Origin: a virus
Taxonomy: Duplodnaviria; Caudoviricetes
Reading direction: 5' to 3' (one strand)
Length of the DNA: 37,428 nucleotides
Virus record (IMG/VR): IMGVR_UViG_3300032212_000075
Location: 1 to 37,428 of that record
Of the stretch, positions 16,428 to 25,674 are shown piece after piece; the stretch's first letter is position 1, and each line of letters begins with the position of its first letter. Made by a program: the position numbers and the translations under genes. Under the pieces are notes generated by a model. The model was not told the DNA's origin and did not search any database. It was given only the letters and a program-made list of their open reading frames with translations.

Positions 16428-18431
16428 ATGTTGGACTTTTCGGACATTAAAATTGCTGTATCTCTGCAAATGGATCGAATGTGCGAGCATCAGCTATTTG
16501 TATCAGCCGCAACAAAAGACGAACTTTGGGAAACATATCTTGGGTCATTTCCTGAAGGCGCAAATCCCATTTACCGCGAACGCACGCAACACGATTGCAG
16601 TTGTTGCCGCCAGTTTATTCGCGCCGCGGGAAACACGCTTGCGGTGATTGACGGTCAACTTGTTTCGGCTTGGGATATAGATATTGGTGGCCCTTACCAA
16701 GTGGTTGCGGATGCTATGGCGGCACTGATTAAAAGTCGTGGTATCCAAAACATTTTTCTTCATTACGAGAAAAATGCGGGAACCTATAAGACTTACGAGC
16801 ACGGTGAAGATGAAACTATTACATGGGAACACTTTCATCATGAATTGCCAGTGTCTTGCGTTGTGCCAAAGCAGACCATCGCCACTTTGAAAGGGAAATC
16901 TTTCACAAACAAAGGTGTTTTGGAGCGCAGCCTTGAAGAAATTACCGGCGAATCCATTGAGGTTGTGCTTGAGCTTATCGACCAAAATTCTCTTTATCGC
17001 GGTCAAGAGCATGTTGGCACACTTAAAATGCTTTCAGAGCTTCAATCTGAATATGCGGAGGCTGAAAACAAAGAATATTTTGTTTGGATAAACTCGCTTG
17101 AGTTGAAAGGTGCAAGCGCGATCCGAAACACAGTTATCGGCACACTTTTGGTTGACCTGAGCAATGGTGTCGATCTTGAAGATGCCGTTCGCATGTTTGA
17201 GAGCAAAGTAGCGCCAGAAAATTATAAGCGGCCAACGGCTCTTATCACAAAAGCAATGATTGAACGCGCCAACCAAGCTGTTGATGATTTGGGTTTTGGG
17301 GATTCGTTGTATCGCCGGTTTGCTATCAAAGACGATATTGGCATTAATGACATTCTTTTTGCGGACCGCAGTGTCAAAGCCTCAATGGGTGTATTTGATG
17401 AATTGCAAGAAGATGTGGTGGCAAAAAAACCATCTATGGACAAAGTGGAAAAGGTTTCTATTGGCGATTTCATTGAACGAATTTTGCCAAAGGCTGACAG
17501 TCTTGAGGTTTATCTTGAAAACCGCCATGAGCGCAGCTTGGTAAGCCTTATTGCACCCGTTCATGCAGATGCGCCAAATATGTTGGCGTGGGGAAACAAT
17601 TTCTCATGGTCCTACAACGGCGATGTGACGGACAGCATTCGTGATCGCGTTAAAAGGGCTGGCGGCTCTGTTACCGGCGATTTGCGTTGTTCTCTGGCTT
17701 GGTCAAACGGTGACGATTTGGATATTCACATTATAGAGCCGGGTGGCGAACATATTTACTATGGTCGCAGCACAAGCCGTAATACTGGTGGTCGCCTTGA
17801 TGTGGATATGAACGCTGGCGGCGTGCGCAATAGTGTCGATCCGGTGGAAAACATCACTTGGGCCAACAAAACACGTTTGCGCGAAGGCACTTATCATTTG
17901 TTCGTGAATAACTACAATAAGCGGTCAAATGAAAATATTGGCTTTACGGTGGAAATCGAGTTTGACGGTCAAATTCACACTTTCCACTATGCCAAAGCAA
18001 CGCGCCGGGGCGAAGATGTAATGGTTGCCGAGTTTACTTATTCACATGTTGAAGGTGTGAAAATTGTAAATTCAATTCCATCAACAACGGCTTCCCGCCA
18101 AATTTGGGGAATTAACACCAATAATTTCCACAAAGTTTCTATGGTGATGCTATCGCCGAACCATTGGGAAGGTGAAGAAACCGGCAATCGGCATTTCCTC
18201 TTTATGATTGACCGCTGTGTCAATCCAGACAAGGCGCGAGGGCTTTATAATGAGTTTTTAAGCCCGCAACTGCGCGAGCATCGCAAAGTTTTTGAGGTGC
18301 TTGGCTCGAAACTAAAAGCCGAAAAATCAACAGATCAGTTATCCGGCGTTGGTTTTTCATCGACACAAGAAAACAGTGTGCTTTGCCGGGTAAAAGGCGC
18401 ATTCAACCGTGTAATTGAAATCCAGATTTAG
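16428..18431 (+). CDS. Large uncharacterised phage protein with HDCSCC motif and DUF2135/YfaP-like domain
   Basis: 667 aa; HDCSCCRQFIR; LRCSLAWSNGDDLDIHIIEPGGEHIYYG...GRLDVDMNAGG...PVENITW. Confidence 0.7.
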   Translation: MLDFSDIKIAVSLQMDRMCEHQLFVSAATKDELWETYLGSFPEGANPIYRERTQHDCSCCRQFIRAAGNTLAVIDGQLVSAWDIDIGGPYQVVADAMAALIKSRGIQNIFLHYEKNAGTYKTYEHGEDETITWEHFHHELPVSCVVPKQTIATLKGKSFTNKGVLERSLEEITGESIEVVLELIDQNSLYRGQEHVGTLKMLSELQSEYAEAENKEYFVWINSLELKGASAIRNTVIGTLLVDLSNGVDLEDAVRMFESKVAPENYKRPTALITKAMIERANQAVDDLGFGDSLYRRFAIKDDIGINDILFADRSVKASMGVFDELQEDVVAKKPSMDKVEKVSIGDFIERILPKADSLEVYLENRHERSLVSLIAPVHADAPNMLAWGNNFSWSYNGDVTDSIRDRVKRAGGSVTGDLRCSLAWSNGDDLDIHIIEPGGEHIYYGRSTSRNTGGRLDVDMNAGGVRNSVDPVENITWANKTRLREGTYHLFVNNYNKRSNENIGFTVEIEFDGQIHTFHYAKATRRGEDVMVAEFTYSHVEGVKIVNSIPSTTASRQIWGINTNNFHKVSMVMLSPNHWEGEETGNRHFLFMIDRCVNPDKARGLYNEFLSPQLREHRKVFEVLGSKLKAEKSTDQLSGVGFSSTQENSVLCRVKGAFNRVIEIQI

Positions 18432-18441
18432 GAGAAAAACA

Positions 18442-18825
18442 TTGTTTAAACAAGCATCGAAATTTAAGATTCGCTTTGATACCAAGAAAGGTCAAATCAC
18501 CACTGAAGATTTGTGGGATTTGCCACTGACAAGCCGCACTGGTGTTTCACTTGACGCTATTGCCATCGCGGTGAATAGCGAACTTCAGGCCAGCAAAGAA
18601 ACAAGCTTTGTCGCGGAAAAGTCAGATGGCGACAGCATTCTTGAACTGAAGTTGGAAATCCTGAAGGCCGTTATCGCAGATCGCAAAGCGGAAAATGCCG
18701 CCAAGCGTGACGAAGCCGAGAAAAAAGAGCGGAAAGACAAAATCGGACGCATCCTTGAAACCAAAAAGGATGAAGAGCTTGCTGGAAAATCTGTTGAAGA
18801 ATTGGAGGCAATGCTGAAAGAATAA
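18442..18825 (+). CDS. Uncharacterised coiled-coil partner protein of the 667-aa gene
   Basis: TTG start after AGGAG RBS; ASKFKIRFDTKKGQITTEDLWDLPL motif and long charged C-terminal helix. Confidence 0.7.
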   Translation: MFKQASKFKIRFDTKKGQITTEDLWDLPLTSRTGVSLDAIAIAVNSELQASKETSFVAEKSDGDSILELKLEILKAVIADRKAENAAKRDEAEKKERKDKIGRILETKKDEELAGKSVEELEAMLKE

Positions 18826-18844
18826 GCTTCTTAAAAGCTTCCCC

Positions 18845-18879
18845 AAGCCCCGGCCTGAATACAGGTAGCGGGGCTTTTT
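18845..18879 (+). terminator. Intrinsic terminator
   Basis: AAGCCCCG-GCCTG-AATA-CAGGT-AG-CGGGGCTT followed by T run. Confidence 0.75.
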
Positions 18880-18913
18880 GGGTGACAGATGTTAACATTA
18901 TTGGAGAAATTGA

Positions 18914-19258
18914 ATGGCACAAAACCTTAAAGACACTTCGCCCGGTGAAGGGCATAACAGCGAGCTTGCGCCTGAAGAGCGTGCAAAAGCTATTCGCGAA
19001 CACGACAAAGTTATTTCTGGCTTTGAAGATGACGGGAAGGCGATTGCAACGAAAAAGAAAAAGGCGAACCAAGAGTTCAAGGCCAAAACAGGCATGACTA
19101 TTGCTGACTTTATGGCCGCTCGCCGTTGGGCTTCTATGGAAGACGAAGGCGAAAAGCGCGAGAAAATGACAAACATGCAGGAATGCTACAACGCGCTTTC
19201 AACTGGCGATCAACTCAATTGGATTGAAGCCGCTGAAAAAGAAGATAAGGGCGATTAG
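18914..19258 (+). CDS. GapR/DUF2312-like DNA-binding protein (divergent)
   Basis: GHNS motif then ISGFEDDGKAIATKKKKANQEFKAKTGMTIADF, resembling the GapR helix pattern. Confidence 0.5.
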   Translation: MAQNLKDTSPGEGHNSELAPEERAKAIREHDKVISGFEDDGKAIATKKKKANQEFKAKTGMTIADFMAARRWASMEDEGEKREKMTNMQECYNALSTGDQLNWIEAAEKEDKGD

Positions 19259-19795
19259 GTGAAGGGTATTCTCACACTTGATCTTGCTTCACGGCTCGGA
19301 TTCTGCAAATGGAATCCGGGCCAAACGCCGAAGATAGGCACTTACCTTTTGCCTGAAGTCCAAAACGATAGCTATGGAAAGCGCTCTTGGACATATCGAC
19401 AATGGCTCTTGAAGGCGCTGAAGGAAACAGAAGCAGAGCTTTGCGTTTACGAAAAAAACTTATTGGTTCCAAAACGCGACACCGTACACAAAATTAATCT
19501 CAGTTGTTCCTTGGTTATGATTACCGAGGAAGTTTGCTATGAAATGAAAGTTAGGTGCGCAAGTGTTCCTGTAAGAGAGTGGCGTAAACATTATCTTGGC
19601 CACGGTGACTATCCTACAGAAGAGGCCAAAGAATATGCAATGAACCGGGCAAAAGCAGCCGGGTTTAATCCGCAACACCATGACGCGGCTGAGGCTTTGG
19701 GTATTATGGATTACACCGCAGACTTGATGAAGCTGCGCAAAGATTGGCCTGACAGCAATATTTTTGGTGGACTTTTGGGAAAACCGCAGGCATAA
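19259..19795 (+). CDS. ruvC: RuvC-like Holliday junction resolvase
   Basis: ILTLDLASRLG (catalytic D), CVYEK (E), WRKHYLGHG, HHDAAEALGI. Confidence 0.75.
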   Translation: MKGILTLDLASRLGFCKWNPGQTPKIGTYLLPEVQNDSYGKRSWTYRQWLLKALKETEAELCVYEKNLLVPKRDTVHKINLSCSLVMITEEVCYEMKVRCASVPVREWRKHYLGHGDYPTEEAKEYAMNRAKAAGFNPQHHDAAEALGIMDYTADLMKLRKDWPDSNIFGGLLGKPQA

Positions 19796-19802
19796 AAATT
19801 AA

Positions 19803-19896
19803 CGGCGGCGATAAAAAACTTGGAGTAGCTACCAAGTTGGGTTTTGTCCGAGCCTCGCCGCCGCCTCACAAATTCGGACAAGAACGGATCGGACAA
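19803..19896 (+). ncRNA. Candidate structured cis-regulatory RNA in the leader of the gp88-like gene
   Basis: 9-bp outer stem 19803-11/19855-63, inner hairpins 19817-38 and 19840-54; TTGTCCGA is complementary to TCGGACAA at 19874-81 and 19889-96. Confidence 0.5.
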
Positions 19897-20615
19897 TGAC
19901 ACAAATAAAAGCCGCACGGCGTTTCAATTCACAGCCAAAAACCAAACGCAAAATAGATATTGCGCCCGATGATTTAAGATCGGCTCTTGGCGAAACAATT
20001 TTCCCTACCACCCGCAAGCACCCGAGAGAACTTAAGCGCGTTCTCAAGGAAGGCAAAAACAGCCGCAAGATAGGCTCACACATCACAAAAGGCCGCTGGC
20101 GTGGTATGCCAATCTTTACGCTTACCCTTGAAGAGCGCGCCACATGCCCGCGAAGCTGCAAAGAGTGGGGCAACTGCTACGGCAACCATATGCATTTTGC
20201 ACAGCGCATACAGCCGGGCCACAATCTTACTGAAGCGTTGGAAAAAGAAATTCAAAAGCTTAATAAACAGCACCGCAAAGGGTTTGCTGTTCGCCTTCAC
20301 GTCCTTGGTGATTTTTACCATGAAAATTACGTCTACTTTTGGGCGCACTTGCTCGACCAGTTCAAGCGCCTGCATGTCTTTGGCTTCACAGCAAACGAGC
20401 CAACAACACCGATAGGTAGCGCCGTTGCGGTCCTAAATGAGCACTTCAAAGATCGTTTTCATATCCGGTTTTCTGGAAGTGACACCGAAGTTGTTAGTGA
20501 GCCATCCGAAGCGAGCGGAATTGTTTGCCCGGTGCAGCTAGATAAAACCGATTGTTGCGGCACATGCGGCCTTTGCTGGCAGACCACGCGCAAGATAAGC
20601 TTCTTGAGGCATTGA
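19896..20615 (+). CDS. Gp88-family (radical-SAM-like, Cys-rich) protein
   Basis: GKNSRKIG...FTLTLEERATCPRSCKEWGNCYG...VRLHVLGDFY...CPVQLDKTDCCGTCGLCW. Confidence 0.7.
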   Translation: MTQIKAARRFNSQPKTKRKIDIAPDDLRSALGETIFPTTRKHPRELKRVLKEGKNSRKIGSHITKGRWRGMPIFTLTLEERATCPRSCKEWGNCYGNHMHFAQRIQPGHNLTEALEKEIQKLNKQHRKGFAVRLHVLGDFYHENYVYFWAHLLDQFKRLHVFGFTANEPTTPIGSAVAVLNEHFKDRFHIRFSGSDTEVVSEPSEASGIVCPVQLDKTDCCGTCGLCWQTTRKISFLRH

Positions 20616-20616
20616 T

Positions 20617-21231
20617 GTGTTGAAAATTCACGAACCAATTATATCAAAAGATGATCCGCGCTATGTTGCCGGGTATCAGGCGATGATTGAAGCTGCGCAG
20701 AATCGGCCAAATGGCGGCTATCAGGTTATCTATGCGGACCCGGCTTGGTATTTTGAAACACGCAGCCTTAAAGGACAATCCAAAGGCGCACTTCGCCATT
20801 ATCCATGTATGAAAAGCGATTTGATAGCTTCATTGCCGGTTGCTGCCTTAGCCGCAAAAGATTGTATGCTTTATATGTGGTGTACTTGGCCTTGCATTTT
20901 TCAGGCTGATGAAGTTTTGCAGGGGTGGGGCTTTAAATATTCTGGCCTTGGTTGGGAGTGGATAAAGAAAAATCCCGAAACCAAAAAATATGCTTTCAAC
21001 GGCGGATATGGCACGCGAAAAAACCTTGAGCCGTGCATTATGGCGACTATTGGCAGACCGAAAGTAAAAACACGCTCAGAGCGAGATTTCCTGTATGCGC
21101 CACAAGGCAAGCATAGTGAAAAACCTATAGAGGCACTTGAAAAGATAGAAAGGCTATCTGACGGCCCTTATATCGAACTTTTTGCACGCCAGCGCCGGGA
21201 AGGTTGGGATGCATGGGGGGATGAAGTATGA
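20617..21231 (+). CDS. MT-A70 family N6-adenine methyltransferase
   Basis: YQVIYADPAWYF (DPPW variant), HYPCM, LYMWCT, WGFKY, HSEKP, YIELFARQRREGWDAWGDE. Confidence 0.9.
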   Translation: MLKIHEPIISKDDPRYVAGYQAMIEAAQNRPNGGYQVIYADPAWYFETRSLKGQSKGALRHYPCMKSDLIASLPVAALAAKDCMLYMWCTWPCIFQADEVLQGWGFKYSGLGWEWIKKNPETKKYAFNGGYGTRKNLEPCIMATIGRPKVKTRSERDFLYAPQGKHSEKPIEALEKIERLSDGPYIELFARQRREGWDAWGDEV

Positions 21232-21926
21232 GCGGCTTCATAAAAGTTGATAGGAAATTATTAAATCATTGGACAGGCTCAGAGCCTGAAAGTTTGGCAA
21301 TTTGGGTGCGCCTTTTGCTTGAGGCAAATTTCAAATCTGAGAAAAAATTAATCAATGGGCAGCTTGTTAATATCCAAAGAGGACAGCTTGTTTTTGGTAT
21401 TCACGCCTTTTCTGAACGCACAGGAATAAGCGTAGCGAAAATCAGAAGGATAATAAAAAACCTAGAAAACGATGATATGATTAGCAAGCAGAGCTTTTCA
21501 AAATATTCAATAGTATCAATAACTAACTACTCTTCCTATCAGGTGACAAACAAGCAGGAAACAACAAAATCGCAAACAAACGATAAGCAGACAACCACAC
21601 TAGAAGAAGGTAAAGAACTTAAAGAAGGTAAGAATATATATATTCATCGTTTCGATGATTTTTGGAAGGTGTACGGAAAGCCTGTTGATAAAAAGCAGGC
21701 TCTTGATCAGTGGAAGCGGAAAGTCAAAACCAGCGATCTTGCAGACAAAATAATTCAAGCTGCTTCCAAATATGCAACAACGCGGGAAAAGAAATATCGC
21801 AAAAGCCCGATGCGTTGGTTGCGTGATGAAAATTGGAACGATGAAATTGCCCCGGCTCAGGGAAATTTTCTTTCGGAACGTCCTGAAGACTTTGCGGGCG
21901 AAGCAACAAGTGGAAAGGGTTGGTGA
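21228..21926 (+). CDS. Phage replication initiator protein
   Basis: GFIKVDRKLLNHW...IQRGQLVFG N-domain, Q/T/K-rich linker, FDDFWKVYGKPVDK...PMRWLRDENWNDE C-domain. Confidence 0.8.
   Translation: MSGFIKVDRKLLNHWTGSEPESLAIWVRLLLEANFKSEKKLINGQLVNIQRGQLVFGIHAFSERTGISVAKIRRIIKNLENDDMISKQSFSKYSIVSITNYSSYQVTNKQETTKSQTNDKQTTTLEEGKELKEGKNIYIHRFDDFWKVYGKPVDKKQALDQWKRKVKTSDLADKIIQAASKYATTREKKYRKSPMRWLRDENWNDEIAPAQGNFLSERPEDFAGEATSGKGW
21545..21645. repeat. Putative replication origin iterons inside the initiator gene
   Basis: Degenerate ACAAACAAGCA/ACAAACGATAAGCA repeats, two AAGAAGGTAA copies, then AT-rich tract; lambdoid ori arrangement. Confidence 0.45.
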
Positions 21927-22501
21927 TGTTACAGCAAAAATTATTGAAATCAGGTGTGCCACGCCGATTCATTGAAGCCAGATTGTCAGATTTTGAAGAT
22001 TACTTTCAGGATAACAGCGAGGCGAAGGCCATCATTGAAGACTTCATTCACAATGAAGGATATTGGAAAAGCACCGAAATCAACGGTCAAACCTATTGGA
22101 GCGATAATTTTTGGCGCGTGTTGTTCCTTGGTGGGAATGTAGGAACAGGCAAAAGCCATTTGCTTTGTGCTATCGCAGCCGAATACAGCCGCCGCAGTTA
22201 CGTCAAGTACACAACGGCCTATGCAATGAGCCAAGACATTATGCAGGCGCGAAATTCGGACGCTTACAAGGGTTGCGGCCTGCTTATCGTTGACGAAATT
22301 GGCCGTGGCTTTGAAACCGAAAGCGAGAAGAAGCGGTTTTTTGATTTGGTGGATTATCGGTACGCCAATCTTTCGCCGATTATTTTTTGTGGGAATGTGA
22401 AAAAGGAAGATTTGCGCGAAATCGTTGGTGAAGCAGTCGCTGATCGCATGGGCGAAAACATGAGCTTTATCACGCTCACAGGAAAAAGCAGGAGAAGTTA
22501 A
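21926..22501 (+). CDS. DnaC/IstB-like AAA+ helicase loader
   Basis: SGVPRRF, Walker A GNVGTGKS, Walker B LLIVDEIG, VDYRY, ADRM, GKSRR. Confidence 0.85.
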   Translation: MLQQKLLKSGVPRRFIEARLSDFEDYFQDNSEAKAIIEDFIHNEGYWKSTEINGQTYWSDNFWRVLFLGGNVGTGKSHLLCAIAAEYSRRSYVKYTTAYAMSQDIMQARNSDAYKGCGLLIVDEIGRGFETESEKKRFFDLVDYRYANLSPIIFCGNVKKEDLREIVGEAVADRMGENMSFITLTGKSRRS

Positions 22502-22502
22502 A

Positions 22503-22799
22503 TTGAGAACTCAAGGAAAATGGTATGCCGCACATGATGGCGAATATGTCGTTAAGGTCAAAGAAGGACACCAGAGAATTTGTATTATTCCTTCCCTAAA
22601 TTCGGAGCGGCTGGCAAACGCTAACACAATTTCTTTGGCCGGTAATACGGCGAACGAAATAGATAAAATGGGGTTTGATGGTGACGCGGCCATTGGACCC
22701 GAATTGTCATATTTCATTCAATGCATGGAAGTTTCTGAGAACGCTCAGATGCAAGCAAGTGCTATCAAAAACTACTTTGATGCAATTCGGAGACAATAA
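22503..22799 (+). CDS. Hypothetical protein
   Basis: 98 aa with AGGAG RBS; ANANTISLA motif seen in small phage early proteins. Confidence 0.55.
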   Translation: MRTQGKWYAAHDGEYVVKVKEGHQRICIIPSLNSERLANANTISLAGNTANEIDKMGFDGDAAIGPELSYFIQCMEVSENAQMQASAIKNYFDAIRRQ

Positions 22800-23228
22800 A
22801 TGGCAGGCTCAGTGAATAAGGTAATTATTGTTGGAAATTTGGGGCGCGATCCTGAAGTTCGCAACATGCAAGACGGAAGCCCGGTAGTAAACCTATCAAT
22901 CGCAACTTCCGAAAGCTGGAAGGATCGTGCGAGCGGTGAAAAGCGCGAAAGGACTGAGTGGCATAGAATTGTTGTATTCAATGAACATTTGGCAAAATTC
23001 GCACAGAACTATTTAAAGAAGGGTTCCACTGTATACATCGAAGGCCAACTTCAAACACGGAAATGGACGGATCAGCAGGGCGTTGAAAAGTATACAACCG
23101 AAATTTGCCTTCAAAAGTATCGTGGCGAATTGAAAAGCCTTAGTTCATTTGAGCAAGGAACCTCAAACCAGCAAAATAAAGAGCAACACACACAATATGC
23201 TGATGATGGAGAGGATATTCCCTTTTGA
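22800..23228 (+). CDS. ssb: Single-stranded DNA-binding protein (alphaproteobacterial type)
   Basis: [21 protein letters not shown]...[11 protein letters not shown]...[11 protein letters not shown]...EDIPF. Confidence 0.97.
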   Translation: MAGSVNKVIIVGNLGRDPEVRNMQDGSPVVNLSIATSESWKDRASGEKRERTEWHRIVVFNEHLAKFAQNYLKKGSTVYIEGQLQTRKWTDQQGVEKYTTEICLQKYRGELKSLSSFEQGTSNQQNKEQHTQYADDGEDIPF

Positions 23229-23764
23229 TGTACAAAGATGAAGAGAAGTGGAAATTGATCTCGGAGTTTCCAGATTATCAAATTAGCTCACACGGTCGAA
23301 TTAAGCGCATTACGAGCGGTGGCAATAATTTTTGCAAAGTCGGGAAAATATTAAAGCCACATCTGGAGAAAAATGGATATTTGAGAATTGGTTTATATTT
23401 CAAAGGTAATTGTTACAGGCGCTCTATCCATCGCCTTGTTGCGTTTGCCTTCTTGGGCACTCCCGCAACATCAAGCCACGAAGTCGCGCACAATGATGGT
23501 TCAAGAGATAATAATCATTTTTCAAATTTACGGTGGTGTACACGGAAAGAAAACCATGCTGACAAATTAAAACATGGAACCTCGCAGTGTGGTGAAAGAA
23601 ATGGTAATGGAAAACTTGACGAAAAAGCTGTTATAGACATTCTCACTTCTGGCATGAAGCAAGTTGATTTGGCGAAAAAATACAACGTCAGCAAAGGAAC
23701 AATTTGGAATATTTATCACGGTAGAACATGGGTGCATATGCAAGGATATAAGCCCAATGCATGA
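23225..23764 (+). CDS. NUMOD4-HNH homing endonuclease
   Basis: [21 protein letters not shown]...[11 protein letters not shown]...[24 protein letters not shown]. Confidence 0.88.
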   Translation: MMYKDEEKWKLISEFPDYQISSHGRIKRITSGGNNFCKVGKILKPHLEKNGYLRIGLYFKGNCYRRSIHRLVAFAFLGTPATSSHEVAHNDGSRDNNHFSNLRWCTRKENHADKLKHGTSQCGERNGNGKLDEKAVIDILTSGMKQVDLAKKYNVSKGTIWNIYHGRTWVHMQGYKPNA

Positions 23765-23966
23765 CGCTCAAGAATACGCCAAGGACGCGATTAAGACGCT
23801 GAAAGTGTCGGAAGTAAGCCCTTTTGATATTCTCAAAGACTTGAGCGACATGAACAAGCTGGATATATGCCGTGGTTCATTCACTTCTTGGGAAGTTTTA
23901 GAGCTTATGATTATGGTGGACTATTTCCTTCAAGACCAAAACCCTACCCAAAAGAGAAAAAAATGA
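23757..23966 (+). CDS. Hypothetical protein
   Basis: 69 aa from MHDAQEY with AAGGA RBS. Confidence 0.5.
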   Translation: MHDAQEYAKDAIKTLKVSEVSPFDILKDLSDMNKLDICRGSFTSWEVLELMIMVDYFLQDQNPTQKRKK

Positions 23967-24004
23967 TATATTGAGGCCAATTATTACTCTTTTGGAGAAA
24001 TCAC

Positions 24005-25105
24005 ATGTCCATTATTCCAGTATTTGCAGCGGGTGCCGCGATAGATAAGCTAAATAGCCCTATGGCCTTGGCTGTAAAAGAAATTAAAGCTCAGTATGGT
24101 GATGATGTTGTTATTGGCCGCAAATCTTTGCATAAATTTGGCGAAAACGATGATATTGATACGGCTGATGGCATTCTTGATATTACACAAATTGCAGGTC
24201 TTGCTAAATCAAATGAGGCGTACCAGACCACAAACAGCATTGACACTATTTCAAGTAGTAACGCTGGGGATACCCACGATTTAACCATTGAAGGTATGAC
24301 TATTTCTGGTAACGCGCTGACGTTTGTAACTCAGACAGTTACGCTTAATGGTCAGAACAAAGTTGTTCTATCAACACCGCTTGCACGCTGCACCAGAATG
24401 GCGAACCTATCGAATACTGCGACACAAGGCGTGGTTTATGTTTATCTTGACGATACAATTACGGCAGGCGTTCCAAATGATCTGACTAAGGTGCATAATG
24501 TTCTTTCTGCACCCGATGAATCTAGTTTAAGGGCCGGAACAAGTGTGTCTTCAAACAACTATTTCCTTGTAGGTCAGATATATACTTCGTTAAGCCGTTC
24601 CGCGTCTACTAGGGCAGACGTAAAGTTCATAGCACGAACATTAGGTTCTGTTTTTTCGACCCGGCGTTCTTACGGCATGACGCAAGACAGCTCTAATACA
24701 ATTAAATTTGATCCGCCGTTTATTATTCCACCTAACTCGGACATAATGCTTCAAGGAACTGTAACAGCAAATAATTCAACTATATTTGGCGGGTTTGATG
24801 GTATATTTGCCGACATTATCCAACCGGAAACATTATCAAATATTAGCGTTGGCGCAGATGAGTGGATTGATGTAAATACCACGCTCTCTATTCCGGTAGG
24901 TCGGGCGATGATTATTCAAAACCTTGGTCGGTCTTCTGTTCATGCTGTTATCAATAACGACACCGCGCCAGCCGCAGGAACCGGGTTTAATATCATTGAA
25001 GGATCGGACGGCAACGGCGCGGGGGTCTATGTCGGGCAAGGTTCCGGTAAGCTTTGGCTAAAGGCGGCACAATTCAAAGAAACCGTTAGTGTACAGCTTG
25101 CATAA
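24005..25105 (+). CDS. Beta-rich uncharacterised protein, possibly virion decoration
   Basis: 366 aa, T/S/G/N-rich; KSLHKFGEN..ISSSNAGDT..LTIEG motifs; TAATG-coupled to terS. Confidence 0.55.
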   Translation: MSIIPVFAAGAAIDKLNSPMALAVKEIKAQYGDDVVIGRKSLHKFGENDDIDTADGILDITQIAGLAKSNEAYQTTNSIDTISSSNAGDTHDLTIEGMTISGNALTFVTQTVTLNGQNKVVLSTPLARCTRMANLSNTATQGVVYVYLDDTITAGVPNDLTKVHNVLSAPDESSLRAGTSVSSNNYFLVGQIYTSLSRSASTRADVKFIARTLGSVFSTRRSYGMTQDSSNTIKFDPPFIIPPNSDIMLQGTVTANNSTIFGGFDGIFADIIQPETLSNISVGADEWIDVNTTLSIPVGRAMIIQNLGRSSVHAVINNDTAPAAGTGFNIIEGSDGNGAGVYVGQGSGKLWLKAAQFKETVSVQLA

Positions 25106-25674
25106 TGGCCTTAACCAAAGAACAAAAAGAGCTTGGTAAACTACTTACACCACTTCAGCGCCGTGTTGTTCATGGCGTTGTTGAGGGTAAGTCACAAAGG
25201 CAGGCTTATCTTGACGCTGGCGGCACTTCAGCCACCGAAGAAGCTCAAGACGCAAGTGCAAGCCGCATATTAAGTGATATTAAGGTGAAGGCTTATCACG
25301 ATGCGCTTATGGCTTCAGCGGCCAATAAAGCCATACTCACACGCGAAGAAGCCCTTACTATGCTGTCTAACACCGCGAGAGTAACGATTGCTGATGTGTG
25401 CGACTTTAAAACGGTAAAGACCGGAGAAGACAAAGACGGCAACGACATTTTCCAAACAACTTGGGTAATGAAAAACGCCGAAGACATTGAGCCTCACATT
25501 GCCGCGTGTATCAAATCAGTGACCGCAACCACCAGCGGATTAAAGATTGAGCTTCACGATAGCCAGAACGCACTTGATAAGCTTGCGAAGCTTGAAGGGT
25601 GGGAAGCCGATAAGAAGTTTAAAGTGTCTGGTAAGATAGAAGTAACCGGAATTGAGCGCGAAATTATAGATTAG
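25105..25674 (+). CDS. terS: Terminase small subunit
   Basis: LTPLQRRVV...SQRQAYLDAG...ASASRIL...IKSVTAT..GLKIELHD...ALDKLAKLEG. Confidence 0.85.
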   Translation: MALTKEQKELGKLLTPLQRRVVHGVVEGKSQRQAYLDAGGTSATEEAQDASASRILSDIKVKAYHDALMASAANKAILTREEALTMLSNTARVTIADVCDFKTVKTGEDKDGNDIFQTTWVMKNAEDIEPHIAACIKSVTATTSGLKIELHDSQNALDKLAKLEGWEADKKFKVSGKIEVTGIEREIID

